A stretch of DNA of 64,000 nt, taken from Waddliaceae bacterium (GTDB lineage: Bacteria > Chlamydiota > Chlamydiia > Chlamydiales > Waddliaceae). Every line of letters begins with the position of its first letter. Positions within the stretch are counted from its first letter, which is position 1. The DNA lies in NCBI GenBank assembly GCA_963724325.1, contig CAVRUH010000007.1:128001-192000 (forward strand), given 5' to 3'. A model generated the notes under the pieces. The model saw only the letters and a program-made list of their open reading frames with translations. It ran no database searches and was not told the origin of the DNA. Below are positions 30,651-40,962 of this stretch, piece by piece. The position numbers and the translations under genes are program-made.

Positions 30651-31379
30651 GACGATTTACCACTTTTATAAATACGCTTAAGCTCTGGAAGACGTTCTGC
30701 CATAAATTCTGCTTGTTCTTGTCCACGTAAAGGAAAGTGATATAAATCCAAAAAAGTCAAAATAGAAGGAGAGACATTGATATCTAGATTTGAGTCAGAA
30801 GCATGCTTAAGCAAGCTTTTGTAGTAAGGTTCTATAAGCAAAACTTCATAGCCTCTTTCTTGAGGTTCTAATAGTAGCTTTTTCTCAAGTTGTGGTCTAA
30901 CCAAAGGATCAAGCAGGTATAGTTCAAGAGTGTTTAAGTTGGTGTTTTTATATCCATGCGCTTCAGCAGCAGAATGAAGAGCCAATGCTACCTTATTGCT
31001 TAGATTTGACTTTTTAATTGCCTCTAAAAGCTCTGCTTTATCTTGGAACCCAGAACGATAAGTTCTCATTTTGCATTTTTTTACGATGCTGTAATGTTCT
31101 AGCCAGCTTTCAAGAAGGCGTTTGGGATCTTTCAAGAAAAACTTTTTGGCGGTTCTTATTCCTTCGGCTTGCAAAATTCCTTTTAAAACTAAAGTCCCAA
31201 AGACGCGTTGTACTGATCCAAGACTTACCCCAGCTTCTTTAGACACATTTCGCACGGATAACTCTCGACTCTTTGATGCCTTCTCTCAGCAACCAATCAA
31301 GAACCACGGCAGATTTGTCCGAATAGATATTCCCTTCCACAGGTTTTTCATTCGAGCCTATCAAAAACCGACCTTCCAT
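30647..31379 (-). pseudogene. AbiEi-like winged-helix antitoxin, frameshifted near 31265
   Basis: AAGGAGG RBS before ATG 31379 (MEGRFLIG...VLDWLL), continuing as VRNVSKEAGVSLGSVQRVF...LLESW...FLDLYHFPLRGQEQAE. Confidence 0.75.
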
Positions 31380-31392
31380 ACGACCTCCTTAT

Positions 31393-31448
31393 CTGTTCAT
31401 TATTTTATACTGTTCAATATTTATGGAACAGTATAAAATATGGAACAG
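31393..31448. promoter_or_regulatory. Long inverted repeat, probable AbiEi operator
   Basis: CTGTTCATTATTTTATACTGTTCA / TGGAACAGTATAAAATATGGAACAG immediately upstream of the antitoxin RBS. Confidence 0.7.
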
Positions 31449-31490
31449 CGAATATTAACGTAAAAAGTTTAAAGAAACAAGGAGAGTCTA

Positions 31491-32033
31491 ATGACGAACA
31501 CAACAAATTCTTCAAGTCAAAAACAAATCAGAATGCCAGTACCTGTCGATTCCTTAATCACCATTCTACATAATATACAATTGAAAATTGATTCAGCTGC
31601 TGGCGCTGCAACAGCGCTAGAGCTCCGGCTGCGAATTATCGCTCAGATAGAAGAGAAAGTTCGAGATGAACTAAAGAAAAATACAAAAGACCCTTTTCAT
31701 CAGGCAACTCTTAAACATCTCATTTCAGCAGTCCTTGAGGTATTTCAAGATAAACTTGATGCAACCGAGCAAAGTATAATAAAACAATGCCGCCCCCCTC
31801 GCAATAAAACTGCGCATGGCAGCTTTGCTGAGTTAATGATCGAACTGGCAGGGGAGGCTTCTGGTAGACAGCTTGATAATCGCACATTGAAACCATTACC
31901 TTTAGCAGAAGATGATATAATTGAAGGAGCAATATGCATTGAGAGAAATGGTGGTTTAGAGGATTTTTCAAAACTTGCAAACCGTGCAGTATCAATTCTT
32001 GAAGAAAAAATTATACGCCATTTAAAACCTTAA
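31491..32033 (+). CDS. HEPN-motif protein, putative RNase
   Basis: Helical 180 aa with RNKTAHG (R-x4-H). Confidence 0.6.
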   Translation: MTNTTNSSSQKQIRMPVPVDSLITILHNIQLKIDSAAGAATALELRLRIIAQIEEKVRDELKKNTKDPFHQATLKHLISAVLEVFQDKLDATEQSIIKQCRPPRNKTAHGSFAELMIELAGEASGRQLDNRTLKPLPLAEDDIIEGAICIERNGGLEDFSKLANRAVSILEEKIIRHLKP

Positions 32034-32304
32034 TTGTAATTGTAAAATGACTCATCATCAATCGGACCTATTGAATGGCCCAATGCTGATTGTCCTCATG
32101 ATAAAACCATTGTCATTTTTCAACTTTTGCATACGTTTTTATCATTTGCAGATCATGCAAAATCCGTGGACCACTGGTGGGCCAAATAGGGGCAGCAAGT
32201 GGCATGAAATAGTATCAAATTGGCTTGGACGAAAAGGGCTTTTCGCTGTATAGTGGTTGATGTCAGCTACTGTATGTTGCGGTGGTTTATTAACAGGGGA
32301 TGGC

Positions 32305-32346
32305 CTCATAACCCGCTGGTCACTGGTTCAAGTCCAGTTTGCCACA
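32305..32346 (+). repeat. att-like tRNA 3' half (2 mismatches)
   Basis: CTCATAACCCGCTGGTCACTGGTTCAAGTCCAGTTTGCCACA. Confidence 0.92.
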
Positions 32347-32367
32347 CTTTTTTCTGTGTTGGAATTC

Positions 32368-32754
32368 ATGATTTCTAAAGTGAAGAAAATATTCATTATT
32401 TTGTATGCCCTCCCGAACCCTATTGTGGACACTGAAGAAGATCGATGCAATTATGTAATTACAAAGTACATATTTGCATTCTTCATGGTTGTAGGTAGTA
32501 TTTTAACATCCTATATGATGGCTGATTTAATAAATGAATTGGTTCCGTTAACATTAATAAAAATTAAAATTATGGAAATTATTTCAGTGTCCATATTGAC
32601 TGTTGGAGCTTGGGGGAGTCTTAGATGGCCAGCACAAACTACGAAAATAAAGTCCCATGCAGAAGATTTTGACGATTATATTTCGAGGATATTCTCTTTT
32701 TGTGGTTTTTTGATGACCTTGGTTTCATATCAATTAGTCCCCAATGATTTGTAG
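32368..32754 (+). CDS. Small membrane protein
   Basis: Three hydrophobic segments; the longer ORF call only reads through the att repeat. Confidence 0.55.
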   Translation: MISKVKKIFIILYALPNPIVDTEEDRCNYVITKYIFAFFMVVGSILTSYMMADLINELVPLTLIKIKIMEIISVSILTVGAWGSLRWPAQTTKIKSHAEDFDDYISRIFSFCGFLMTLVSYQLVPNDL

Positions 32755-33096
32755 GTTAATTAGTATATTCTTTAACATAGATTATGCTGGATGATCATAA
32801 AAAGGGTCATAAAAAAGAGAAAAGAATGTGGTCAGGCCTGCACATTTTGACCCTATTTGGATCTTGCAGCAAGTCATGAGGTGCCCAAGCACTATCTTTG
32901 CCACTACTCCAAGAAATAAGAGTTTTTCTACTCATCATAACTCACAAAAACTTCCGATGGAGAATCTTCCATCTTCATAATTTAAAAGCGCATATCCATC
33001 CTTGGCATTAGTAACTCAAGGGGGCATATGCCCTTACTTGTTACCGTTACTTATATATAAAATGTATATTAATTAGGATATATTTTTATAAAAAAA

Positions 33097-34044
33097 TTAT
33101 CCCCAATAACAATTTTTTTTACTAAATTGCTGGTTTACAAATTTTCGACGTAATTTCAGGTTGACTGGTTTGGAGCCCATGTCTTCAATAAAATTCATAA
33201 AATCTTTCATCCATCGTGAACACATTCCTTGAGGTGTATGTTTCATATAATCCCAGCTTTTATAAGCTGCATGTAAAGTATGAAAAGGACGAGAGGCTTG
33301 ATGTTTTCTCTGTCCGCTTCCTTTTCGTTCACTGAGTCCTAATTTCACATAATCATTATTAGACATGCCAACCTTGCAAGTTTTAATTTTATCTAAATTC
33401 TCAATAACCCATTTGATGCCTTCTCGTTTCAACCATTCCGCTGCTTTACTTCGCGTGATTCCCCATCTTTCAGCCCATCTTGCAATTGTTAAGTTTTCAC
33501 CATTATGTGAATAGAAAATACATCCTCTTTTATTATCGTTTTGGTTTTTTACCGAAGCCCAACGACAGTTATCGGGAGAATATCCTTTATTATTGTCGAT
33601 TCTATCAAGAGAGGTGTTTTCAGGTTTCATTCCCATATCCAATAAAAAATTATCAAAGGATCCTGTATCCCGATGCCATCGGTCACAAACGTTGATTCCA
33701 CGATCGACATAATTTTTCTTTTCTTTAATTGTTTTACCTTCGCATCGACGATGCATATAGTGCCAAGCCATATACGTTTTGTAATTAGGACTATTTATAG
33801 CACAGCATCCATGTGTTCTTCTAGGTCCCCCAAGTAAAGTTTGAATTTTTTGGGAGCACTCATCACAACACATGGTCTTAAAAATTTGCGCACTACTTTT
33901 AGTACGTAGTTTCCCGCAATTACAACGAATAATATATTTTCGAGTGCGTCCTACCACTCCAAGCAACTGAACAACAGTCCAATGATTGATGCACTGGCCA
34001 ATAACAATCTTTTTATTTTGCTTATTTTGTATTGATGACAGCAT
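33097..34044 (-). CDS. Phage-type HNH homing-endonuclease-like protein
   Basis: CNCG..., W..M.RRC, RGINVCDRW...F.NFL.DMG.KP...SLDRIDNNKGYSPDNCRWA, with a degenerate second copy at the C-terminus. Confidence 0.8.
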   Translation of the reverse strand: MLSSIQNKQNKKIVIGQCINHWTVVQLLGVVGRTRKYIIRCNCGKLRTKSSAQIFKTMCCDECSQKIQTLLGGPRRTHGCCAINSPNYKTYMAWHYMHRRCEGKTIKEKKNYVDRGINVCDRWHRDTGSFDNFLLDMGMKPENTSLDRIDNNKGYSPDNCRWASVKNQNDNKRGCIFYSHNGENLTIARWAERWGITRSKAAEWLKREGIKWVIENLDKIKTCKVGMSNNDYVKLGLSERKGSGQRKHQASRPFHTLHAAYKSWDYMKHTPQGMCSRWMKDFMNFIEDMGSKPVNLKLRRKFVNQQFSKKNCYWG

Positions 34045-34119
34045 TGATTATAGTTTTTTGTTTGTAAAATGATTGAATTCAAGAAATGGCCCGAAGATCT
34101 CGAACCAAAAAAGCTTATC

Positions 34120-34707
34120 TTAAAAAGGTAAACGACTTTGATAAGGATCACTTTTAGCAGATTCGAAAGACTGATTATAATTTGGAGAATACTCAAAAAT
34201 ATTATCTTGATCTTGCTGTGTTTTTAAAGCTTCAATAATCAGCTTGTAAAAACTTGATAGTTCCTTTTCGATTTTAATTCGAAAATGCGACTTTGTCTCA
34301 ATTAGAGGTTTGGATTGAGATAGAATTGATTTTCCATCTTCGTATCTTTCAAGAATTTTTTCTCCATCAGCATACTTGAAAACTTCGCTTTGAGTAACAT
34401 AGACGTTATAACTAAAACGATATTCAGTCTTATTTTTTCCCCATACTATGCAATGATCTGTATGTCTTATGAATTCGTCCTGATAAGGAAATTTTTCCGT
34501 TGAATTTGGTCTTACAAATCTTGTTTTTTCAGATGAAAAAACATAAGTAAAGGTAAATGGAATACCTGCTGTTTTCAACCTTTCTTCTAATGCTTTAATG
34601 TCATTAGAAATACGGTCCAAATCTTGAAGATGATTAGAAATTACGGAGTCCGCTTCAGAATTAAGTATTTGAAGGGAGGTTGATACAAAAGATTTTGTTG
34701 ATGTCAT
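34120..34707 (-). CDS. Hypothetical protein
   Basis: 195-aa ORF with AAGGA RBS. Confidence 0.6.
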   Translation of the reverse strand: MTSTKSFVSTSLQILNSEADSVISNHLQDLDRISNDIKALEERLKTAGIPFTFTYVFSSEKTRFVRPNSTEKFPYQDEFIRHTDHCIVWGKNKTEYRFSYNVYVTQSEVFKYADGEKILERYEDGKSILSQSKPLIETKSHFRIKIEKELSSFYKLIIEALKTQQDQDNIFEYSPNYNQSFESAKSDPYQSRLPF

Positions 34708-35033
34708 AATATAAATCCTTAAAATTTGTGAATTTTATTTTTTTTAATAATTACACAACAGTGCAATTACCCAGATTCAACCTTGGTTTTTCATTCAAGA
34801 TTCAGGATTCCAATTCAAGGAAAAGCCCATTCAAGGGTTTAAAACAAACTGCTATCAAGCAGTTAATGAGAATGACTTTAGCAAACATTATAATTACATA
34901 CAAGAAAAAAGAAAATTGTTGTCGGTGTTCGAGTTATTTGGCTTTCGAGAAATTTGCATTAATATGCACATGCTAAGTTCATTTATTTCCTTCTACTGCC
35001 TTACCTTCAGAATCTATAAAGATAAGGGGGGCA

Positions 35034-35083
35034 GGCTTGGCATGCGGACATTTGATCGGGATCAAATGTCCGCATGCCAAGCC
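35034..35083. repeat. Perfect 24-bp-arm palindrome of a dispersed REP-like family
   Basis: GGCTTGGCATGCGGACATTTGATC-GG-GATCAAATGTCCGCATGCCAAGCC. Confidence 0.9.
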
Positions 35084-35341
35084 CGACTCTTTTTTCTACT
35101 GATCATTAAGAGAAATATTGTCTTTAACTTCTTCATATTTATTTTCAGCTTCAACAAAAATTATTTAAACAAGTCTATAATTTGATTTTTTGAAACTTTC
35201 ATGATAAGATTTTAAAAAATAACATCGGAAAATTCAATACAAATACTATCAAAAGCATCTTGCTTTTGGCTTTATGATTTTTTGTATGTTTTGAAATATG
35301 AGTACCCGCTTGACTTAATTGGGCACCTGACTAATTACCAA

Positions 35342-36448
35342 TCACGATGTACATAGCGTAAGAGGGATTAGGTCCGTATAAGCAACCATCTCTTTAGGAG
35401 AAATGTAGTTGTGCGCAAAAAAATCGGTTGATGCCGCATTTCTTTTCTCCGCATTATCATTATTTTTTTGAGGAATTGGGATTTGATTGTACGCTTGAAA
35501 TGCCGAAGGCTCAAGCAACAGCATTTTGATGACTGAAATGCGAGAGATTTCCAACAGATCAAACAAGTCTTTAATTTCGGGTGTCTTCTCCTGGCGGATC
35601 GAGGACCCCGGGAAAGAGAGGTCTTTGACATACCCATGGAGGCCTGGAGGTCTATGGTCATCCCAAATAGCCTTTAGCCTTGCCTCAATCTCTTGTGAAG
35701 TGAAAGATTTTCCATTTATAGCAGAGGAAGTATTTGCTAGGAATGATCCTAACCTTGAAGCAACTCGATTAGCATGATGACGACTAGGATTGCCCACCAA
35801 AGCGTCAAGTAAAGGAAACAGCTTGGAAAAAGAGGAACTCGCATAGTGCAGGCGCTCCCAGATTACCGCTTCAAAAAACAATTGTAATGTTAAGTATGGG
35901 CGTGGCATGTGTTGACGTTGTTCAAGACAGTTTAGGATGAGAGGAAATAGTTTACCTGCCAGTGAGAAATCCTCTACTTCGTACTGTAGCAAGGGTTTGC
36001 CATTGACATCATGTGGAAAGAAACTGTCAAGACAAACATTAGTGCGATGGTTGATGTGGTTTGTTTCATGACCCAATAGCCCATCTTCCAGTGTACCGTA
36101 TGTGAAAGATCCTCCGATTACCATACGAATAGGTTTTGCCAAGTGTAGTGCACCCAGCATGGCCCAACCATAACGCCGAGCCCTCTCAACGGAAAGAGAG
36201 GAGTCAACCTTAAGACATGCATGACATTGATCCATTCCAAGCCCATGTCCAGGGTAAACCCATGCACCTAGTCCGACATGGCGTTCTGGTGGGGAACCTG
36301 GGTGAGCTCCATGTACCACGGCGTGATATGGGGTTGAGGCTAAGTAGATGCCGGAAGAAAGAGGAATTGGCAATTGGCGATATAATTCGCCTGCTATTGG
36401 GAGGTGCGTGAAGAGAAAGTAGTGGTCGCCGTGTTGTGGTTCTTTCAT
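35342..36448 (-). CDS. ApeA-like HEPN domain protein, putative defence RNase
   Basis: C-terminal helical domain F..L...LDAL...RVASR...LKAIWDDHRPPGLHG (R-x4-H); GC visibly higher than flanks. Confidence 0.6.
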   Translation of the reverse strand: MKEPQHGDHYFLFTHLPIAGELYRQLPIPLSSGIYLASTPYHAVVHGAHPGSPPERHVGLGAWVYPGHGLGMDQCHACLKVDSSLSVERARRYGWAMLGALHLAKPIRMVIGGSFTYGTLEDGLLGHETNHINHRTNVCLDSFFPHDVNGKPLLQYEVEDFSLAGKLFPLILNCLEQRQHMPRPYLTLQLFFEAVIWERLHYASSSFSKLFPLLDALVGNPSRHHANRVASRLGSFLANTSSAINGKSFTSQEIEARLKAIWDDHRPPGLHGYVKDLSFPGSSIRQEKTPEIKDLFDLLEISRISVIKMLLLEPSAFQAYNQIPIPQKNNDNAEKRNAASTDFFAHNYISPKEMVAYTDLIPLTLCTS

Positions 36449-36616
36449 GATTTTATTCCGTCTGCTGGTGTTTTTCTAGTGTTTTGAGTCCTTATAAGAG
36501 CCATGCCTAAGATCCTTCAAAGTTTATATTTGCAAATGACTCAATGATGTTTGAAATCATAACATGTATTTGCATAAAATTGCAACATATGTTATAATAA
36601 AAAGAAACAGGGGATT

Positions 36617-37414
36617 GTGTTTATGGAAACATCTTTAGGTAAACGAATAAAAGCCTTGCGTGAGGCTCTGAGAATAAGCCAAGAGGAATTATCGCAAAGA
36701 TTAGCATTGGATAGAGCTTCGCTGTCTTTAATCGAAAATGACAAACGCTCATTGAAAGCTGATGAACTTATTTTACTATCAAAATCTTTGAATATTTCGA
36801 TTGATGAGTTGTTAAATCTCAAGTCGTCAACAGAAGTTATTTTGGAACAGGCTCAGAAGCCAAAAGAAAAAAGAAATGACTTACGGATTAGCGTTCCAAG
36901 AAAAAACCTGAAAAAGTTTAAGGAAGTTCTTCTCTATATATTGGGAAAGGTTGGAGCAAAACCAAATGTGGGTGAAACTGTCTTGTATAAGCTGCTGTAC
37001 TTTATAGATTTCAACTATTACGAGAAATATGAAGAACAACTCATTGGAGCCACATACATCAAAAACCATCATGGCCCTACCCCAATCGAGTTTCAGTCCA
37101 TTGTAAATGAGATGATAGAAAACAAAGAAATCGAAGTTGTGAAAAGTAAATATTTTCAGCATCTCCAAAAAAAATATCTACCTCATCAAGAACCCGATCT
37201 TTCTGTCTTTAATGCAAATGAGATCAAAGTGATAGATGATGTGTTGCAAAAATTATCTGGCATGAATGCTTCAACAATAAGTGAATACTCTCATCAAGAT
37301 GTCCCATGGATGGTCACATCGGAAAGGCAAAAAATTGATTATGAATCTGTATTTTACCGAACCCCTGCATATAGCGTAAGAGAGTATAGCAACGATGAAA
37401 TTCAAGCACATTGA
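36617..37414 (+). CDS. XRE HTH + DUF4065 (Panacea/SocA-like) antitoxin
   Basis: N-terminal LGKRIKALRE...SQEELS...ASLSLIE; LYKLLYFIDF, HGPTP, ISEYSH.DVPW. Confidence 0.88.
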   Translation: MFMETSLGKRIKALREALRISQEELSQRLALDRASLSLIENDKRSLKADELILLSKSLNISIDELLNLKSSTEVILEQAQKPKEKRNDLRISVPRKNLKKFKEVLLYILGKVGAKPNVGETVLYKLLYFIDFNYYEKYEEQLIGATYIKNHHGPTPIEFQSIVNEMIENKEIEVVKSKYFQHLQKKYLPHQEPDLSVFNANEIKVIDDVLQKLSGMNASTISEYSHQDVPWMVTSERQKIDYESVFYRTPAYSVREYSNDEIQAH

Positions 37415-37763
37415 GCAGCTAGATAAATTCAAGAAAGATCTAAAAAAACTCCTTAAAAGATTTCCCAGTCTTGAGGAAGATTTAGACTCGCTTGTGAAAG
37501 CACAATTGATTGCTTATCATAAACTCAATGTCGACAATCATGGCATCTTTGCAATCGAAAATCTTGCAATTCAAAATCCTAAAATTTTTAAAGTTAAGAA
37601 GTTTGCTTGCAAATCGTTAAAAGGAAAAGGTGTTCATTCTGGTATTCGCGTCACATATGCATATTTTCCAGTTGAAGACAGAATAGAGTTCATCGAGATC
37701 TACTACAAGGGTGATCAAGAGAATGAGGATAGAGAAAGGATCAAAAATTATTATATAAAATAA
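37395..37763 (+). CDS. RelE/ParE-like toxin
   Basis: FKKDLKKLLKRFPSLEEDL...KGKG..SGIRVTY...IEIYYKGDQEN; overlaps the antitoxin. Confidence 0.8.
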   Translation: MKFKHIEQLDKFKKDLKKLLKRFPSLEEDLDSLVKAQLIAYHKLNVDNHGIFAIENLAIQNPKIFKVKKFACKSLKGKGVHSGIRVTYAYFPVEDRIEFIEIYYKGDQENEDRERIKNYYIK

Positions 37764-37887
37764 CCTATGCTTTTAAAATATTAGCTATTACTTTAAATCA
37801 CCTAGTAAGAAAAGGATTAAGTCTAGAAGAATGGAGATCTTTAAGGATGCAGTACTCTGTATAATCCATTGATATTGGATTCCATTA

Positions 37888-39636
37888 TTAATTTACATTG
37901 TACGTAAATTCTACCGATTCCTTTCTTCTTTCATCTTTTGGGACATAAGTTTTTAATAGATTTCCGAGTAAATTTCCTTTTTTAATCTCATAAGTTTTAA
38001 AATAACGATTAACACGTTGTTTATTAGCTCCCCAATAACTACCAAAACCATCGGGTTGATTAATCCAATCCCAATCTTTCTTTTGGACCATGCCGGTAAC
38101 TCCTGAGGAAACATTATTTTCAAGAAATGGAATATGACGGAAATTCATATATTCTGTATCAATAAAGTAAATTCCTTCTTCACCTTGCGAATCCCTTCCT
38201 AACATGAAATTGTCGCCAAGAAAGTCTCCAAAACCGGTTGCTTCTAATATTTTGAGAAATTCAGTGACTTCTTCTCTTGTAGTGCCTCGTTCCAGAGGAG
38301 TGATATTTTCCGCAAAAATAGTTACTTGATCGGAAGTTAATTCTAAATTGTAAGGACTTACTACTGCAGGAACAGAAGTGATTCCTTCATTCAATACAGC
38401 AATTTTTTTGGGAACCTTAATATGTTTTAAGCCTAGCTCCTCAGCTATTCTTTTTATGTAATTTGCCCCTTGAATTCTACCTAAGTCCCTTCCTTTATCC
38501 CAATAAGCTCCCTTAGGATGATTTTGATCAACAAATTCCTGCTTAGTCAGCAACCTACCAGATTCTCTTAAATCTTCAAAAAATTCTATTCCAATTTGTT
38601 GAACCTCTTCATTGCTCATAGAATGTCTAAAAATACTAGGTCCTAGGGTCCTCTGTTCTATTTTTGTGCGCAATTCAAGATTTTTATGAGGACATTTCTT
38701 GTTAAGCGCTTGAATGAAGTTTGTTTCAAGAATAAGGGCCTTCTCAATGATTTTTTCATTGACCGCATTGAATGAATTCGCAGTTTGAGTAAAATTAAGT
38801 ATTTGAAAAATTATAGATTCACTAAGACCATCATAAAATCCTCGAATCTCTTCTTCTGTAACTTCTTCATTCTTGATGATGGCTATTAATTTTTTTGTAT
38901 TTTGCTCCTCTTCAAGGCGACCAGTATCTTCTTTAAGCCAATTTAAAAATTCTGGATTTGTTAATTCGTCAACTGGTTTAGGCTCTATCTTAACACCAAC
39001 ATTTGAAGGAACAAGATTTGACGAATTTTCTTTTGCTTCCGGTTCTTCAACTTTCTTTAGATATTCTTCATCTCGTTCCCTTGCTTCGTTTTCAAGTTCG
39101 GACTTTCTTCTTTCTTCTTGAACCCTTAGTGCCTCTTCGCGTTCATTTTTTAAGTTTTTGAATGCTGACCGAGCTAAGTGACCCCTAAATAGGCTTTGAA
39201 TTTTTGTTGCGGCGATGTTTTTTGTTTGTTCTGTTGGTTCGTTAATCTTTTCCTGTGAAGATATGTCATTAATATTTTGATCTAAGGAAGAATTAGAGGG
39301 TTGATCATTGGAAGGAATAGAAGATTCAAGCAGAGCAAAACGAATATTTTCTTTAGACTTAATAAATAGGTTTCTTATGGATTTTGAGAAGAGTGCTAAA
39401 CATAAGGTGCATATGACAGCAACAGTTCCCAATAATCCTCTTCCAAAATGTTCTAAACCGGAGAAGGCGCGTTCTCTTTTTTCAATAATGCGATATTGAC
39501 GACCTTTATAATCAGAGCATACTCTATGTCCTTTTTCATCAACGAGTCTATTCGTGCTGTTAAATTTCGTCGCTAAAACCCATTTATCACTAAGGCTAAT
39601 TTCGTTTATTATGCTAATTATTTTAAACCCTGGCAT
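37888..39636 (-). CDS. IQ-motif and kinase-like domain protein, candidate effector
   Basis: Hydrophobic N-terminal segment, AATKIQSLFRGHLAR, coiled coil, GDFLGDN (D-x4-N) and IYFIDTE. Confidence 0.68.
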   Translation of the reverse strand: MPGFKIISIINEISLSDKWVLATKFNSTNRLVDEKGHRVCSDYKGRQYRIIEKRERAFSGLEHFGRGLLGTVAVICTLCLALFSKSIRNLFIKSKENIRFALLESSIPSNDQPSNSSLDQNINDISSQEKINEPTEQTKNIAATKIQSLFRGHLARSAFKNLKNEREEALRVQEERRKSELENEARERDEEYLKKVEEPEAKENSSNLVPSNVGVKIEPKPVDELTNPEFLNWLKEDTGRLEEEQNTKKLIAIIKNEEVTEEEIRGFYDGLSESIIFQILNFTQTANSFNAVNEKIIEKALILETNFIQALNKKCPHKNLELRTKIEQRTLGPSIFRHSMSNEEVQQIGIEFFEDLRESGRLLTKQEFVDQNHPKGAYWDKGRDLGRIQGANYIKRIAEELGLKHIKVPKKIAVLNEGITSVPAVVSPYNLELTSDQVTIFAENITPLERGTTREEVTEFLKILEATGFGDFLGDNFMLGRDSQGEEGIYFIDTEYMNFRHIPFLENNVSSGVTGMVQKKDWDWINQPDGFGSYWGANKQRVNRYFKTYEIKKGNLLGNLLKTYVPKDERRKESVEFTYNVN

Positions 39637-39916
39637 TTTTCACCTAATTGATTACAAGTTAATGACTTTAAAGAAAATTGTAACAGATTAGATAATTTAA
39701 ATCAAGACCAAACTTCTACACCTCTACGCCATGAATGGCACTTTGTGACCAACAGGTTTAATCTGATAAATGTAAGAATTGGACCAACGGTGGACCAAAT
39801 AGGGACATCAAATTACATGATATCAGATAAAATTAGAATAGACTGAAAAGTCTTGAGGCTGCTATCTTGATTTATGTCAGCTCTTGTAGTAAGCGATAGT
39901 TTGAGGATCGCTGACA

Positions 39917-40010
39917 GACTCATAACCCGTGGGTCATTGGTTCAAGTCCAGTTTGTTCCACTTTTTTACGGTACACACTTATGATACCCATAGAATTTGC
40001 CGAATAAATC
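39917..40010 (+). repeat. att-like tRNA 3' half (4 mismatches) and eroded start of the 128-aa gene
   Basis: GACTCATAACCCGTGGGTCATTGGTTCAAGTCCAGTTTGTTCCA then ...ACTTATGATACCCATAGAATTTGCCGAA. Confidence 0.88.
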
Positions 40011-40300
40011 CCTAAAAAATATGCGACCGGTTCAGCACAGGTTTCATCTCATTTCACAAGATTTTCGGATGCATCAACATACTATTGAATTTTTACTTTA
40101 CAGCTTTACTCTGCTATTTATGTGAATCCAATAAACATCGTCTGTCTGGATAAAATAAATAATTTTGATTCTGGATTTTTCACAGCGCATGTGTTGGAGT
40201 ATATGGAAATTTCAAATAAAATCTCCGTCTAGACATGGAATAGTTTTAGTATTATAGTGAGTAAATATGTTATCGTAGAACCTTTAGTTTTGGAGACCTT

Positions 40301-40750
40301 GTGGCAATGAAGAATTACAGAGTTGAATTTATTGATAAAGTTTCTGAAGAATTAAAGAAAATAGTGCTTGAAGGTTTTGGCCGTCACTCTATCGAAATGA
40401 CAGGGCATGATGAAAAATTTGAATCTGTTGCTTTTGTGGCCTATAATGGTGATAATTTTGCTGGAATAATTGAAGTTGTTTTATTTTGGGGAGCTCTTCA
40501 CATCAAAAAAGTTTATATAAATGAAGACTGCCGCGGGCAAGGACTTGGCAATAAACTAATGGAACTTGCTTGTGGATATGGTCGGGAAAATAAATGTCCA
40601 TTCGCATTCGTTGAAACGATGAGTTTTCAAGCACTGGGTTTCTACCAAAAAAATGGGTTCCAATTAGAATTTACTCGTCCTGGATATTCACATGGATGCT
40701 CATTTCATTACTTAAAAAAAGACCTTATGGTACACCTACGCTTCATTTAG
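40301..40750 (+). CDS. GNAT acetyltransferase
   Basis: RGQGLGNKLM, QALGFYQKNGF. Confidence 0.88.
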   Translation: MAMKNYRVEFIDKVSEELKKIVLEGFGRHSIEMTGHDEKFESVAFVAYNGDNFAGIIEVVLFWGALHIKKVYINEDCRGQGLGNKLMELACGYGRENKCPFAFVETMSFQALGFYQKNGFQLEFTRPGYSHGCSFHYLKKDLMVHLRFI

Positions 40751-40962
40751 CTTGCATACGACCCCTTCTGATTTTGCAAAGATCTATTAATCGACTGGGA
40801 ACAATTTGATACTTGCAGTAATGACGCTGCCGACAATGAGTTTCTTGCCAACTGGTGGAAAAACTATGCTCTCTGATAAAATTATGAAAACAATCTTACA
40901 CGAAGAAAAAGAGACCGATGTCAATCAGAGATATGAAAGTAAATAATTATATGGTTTAGGAA

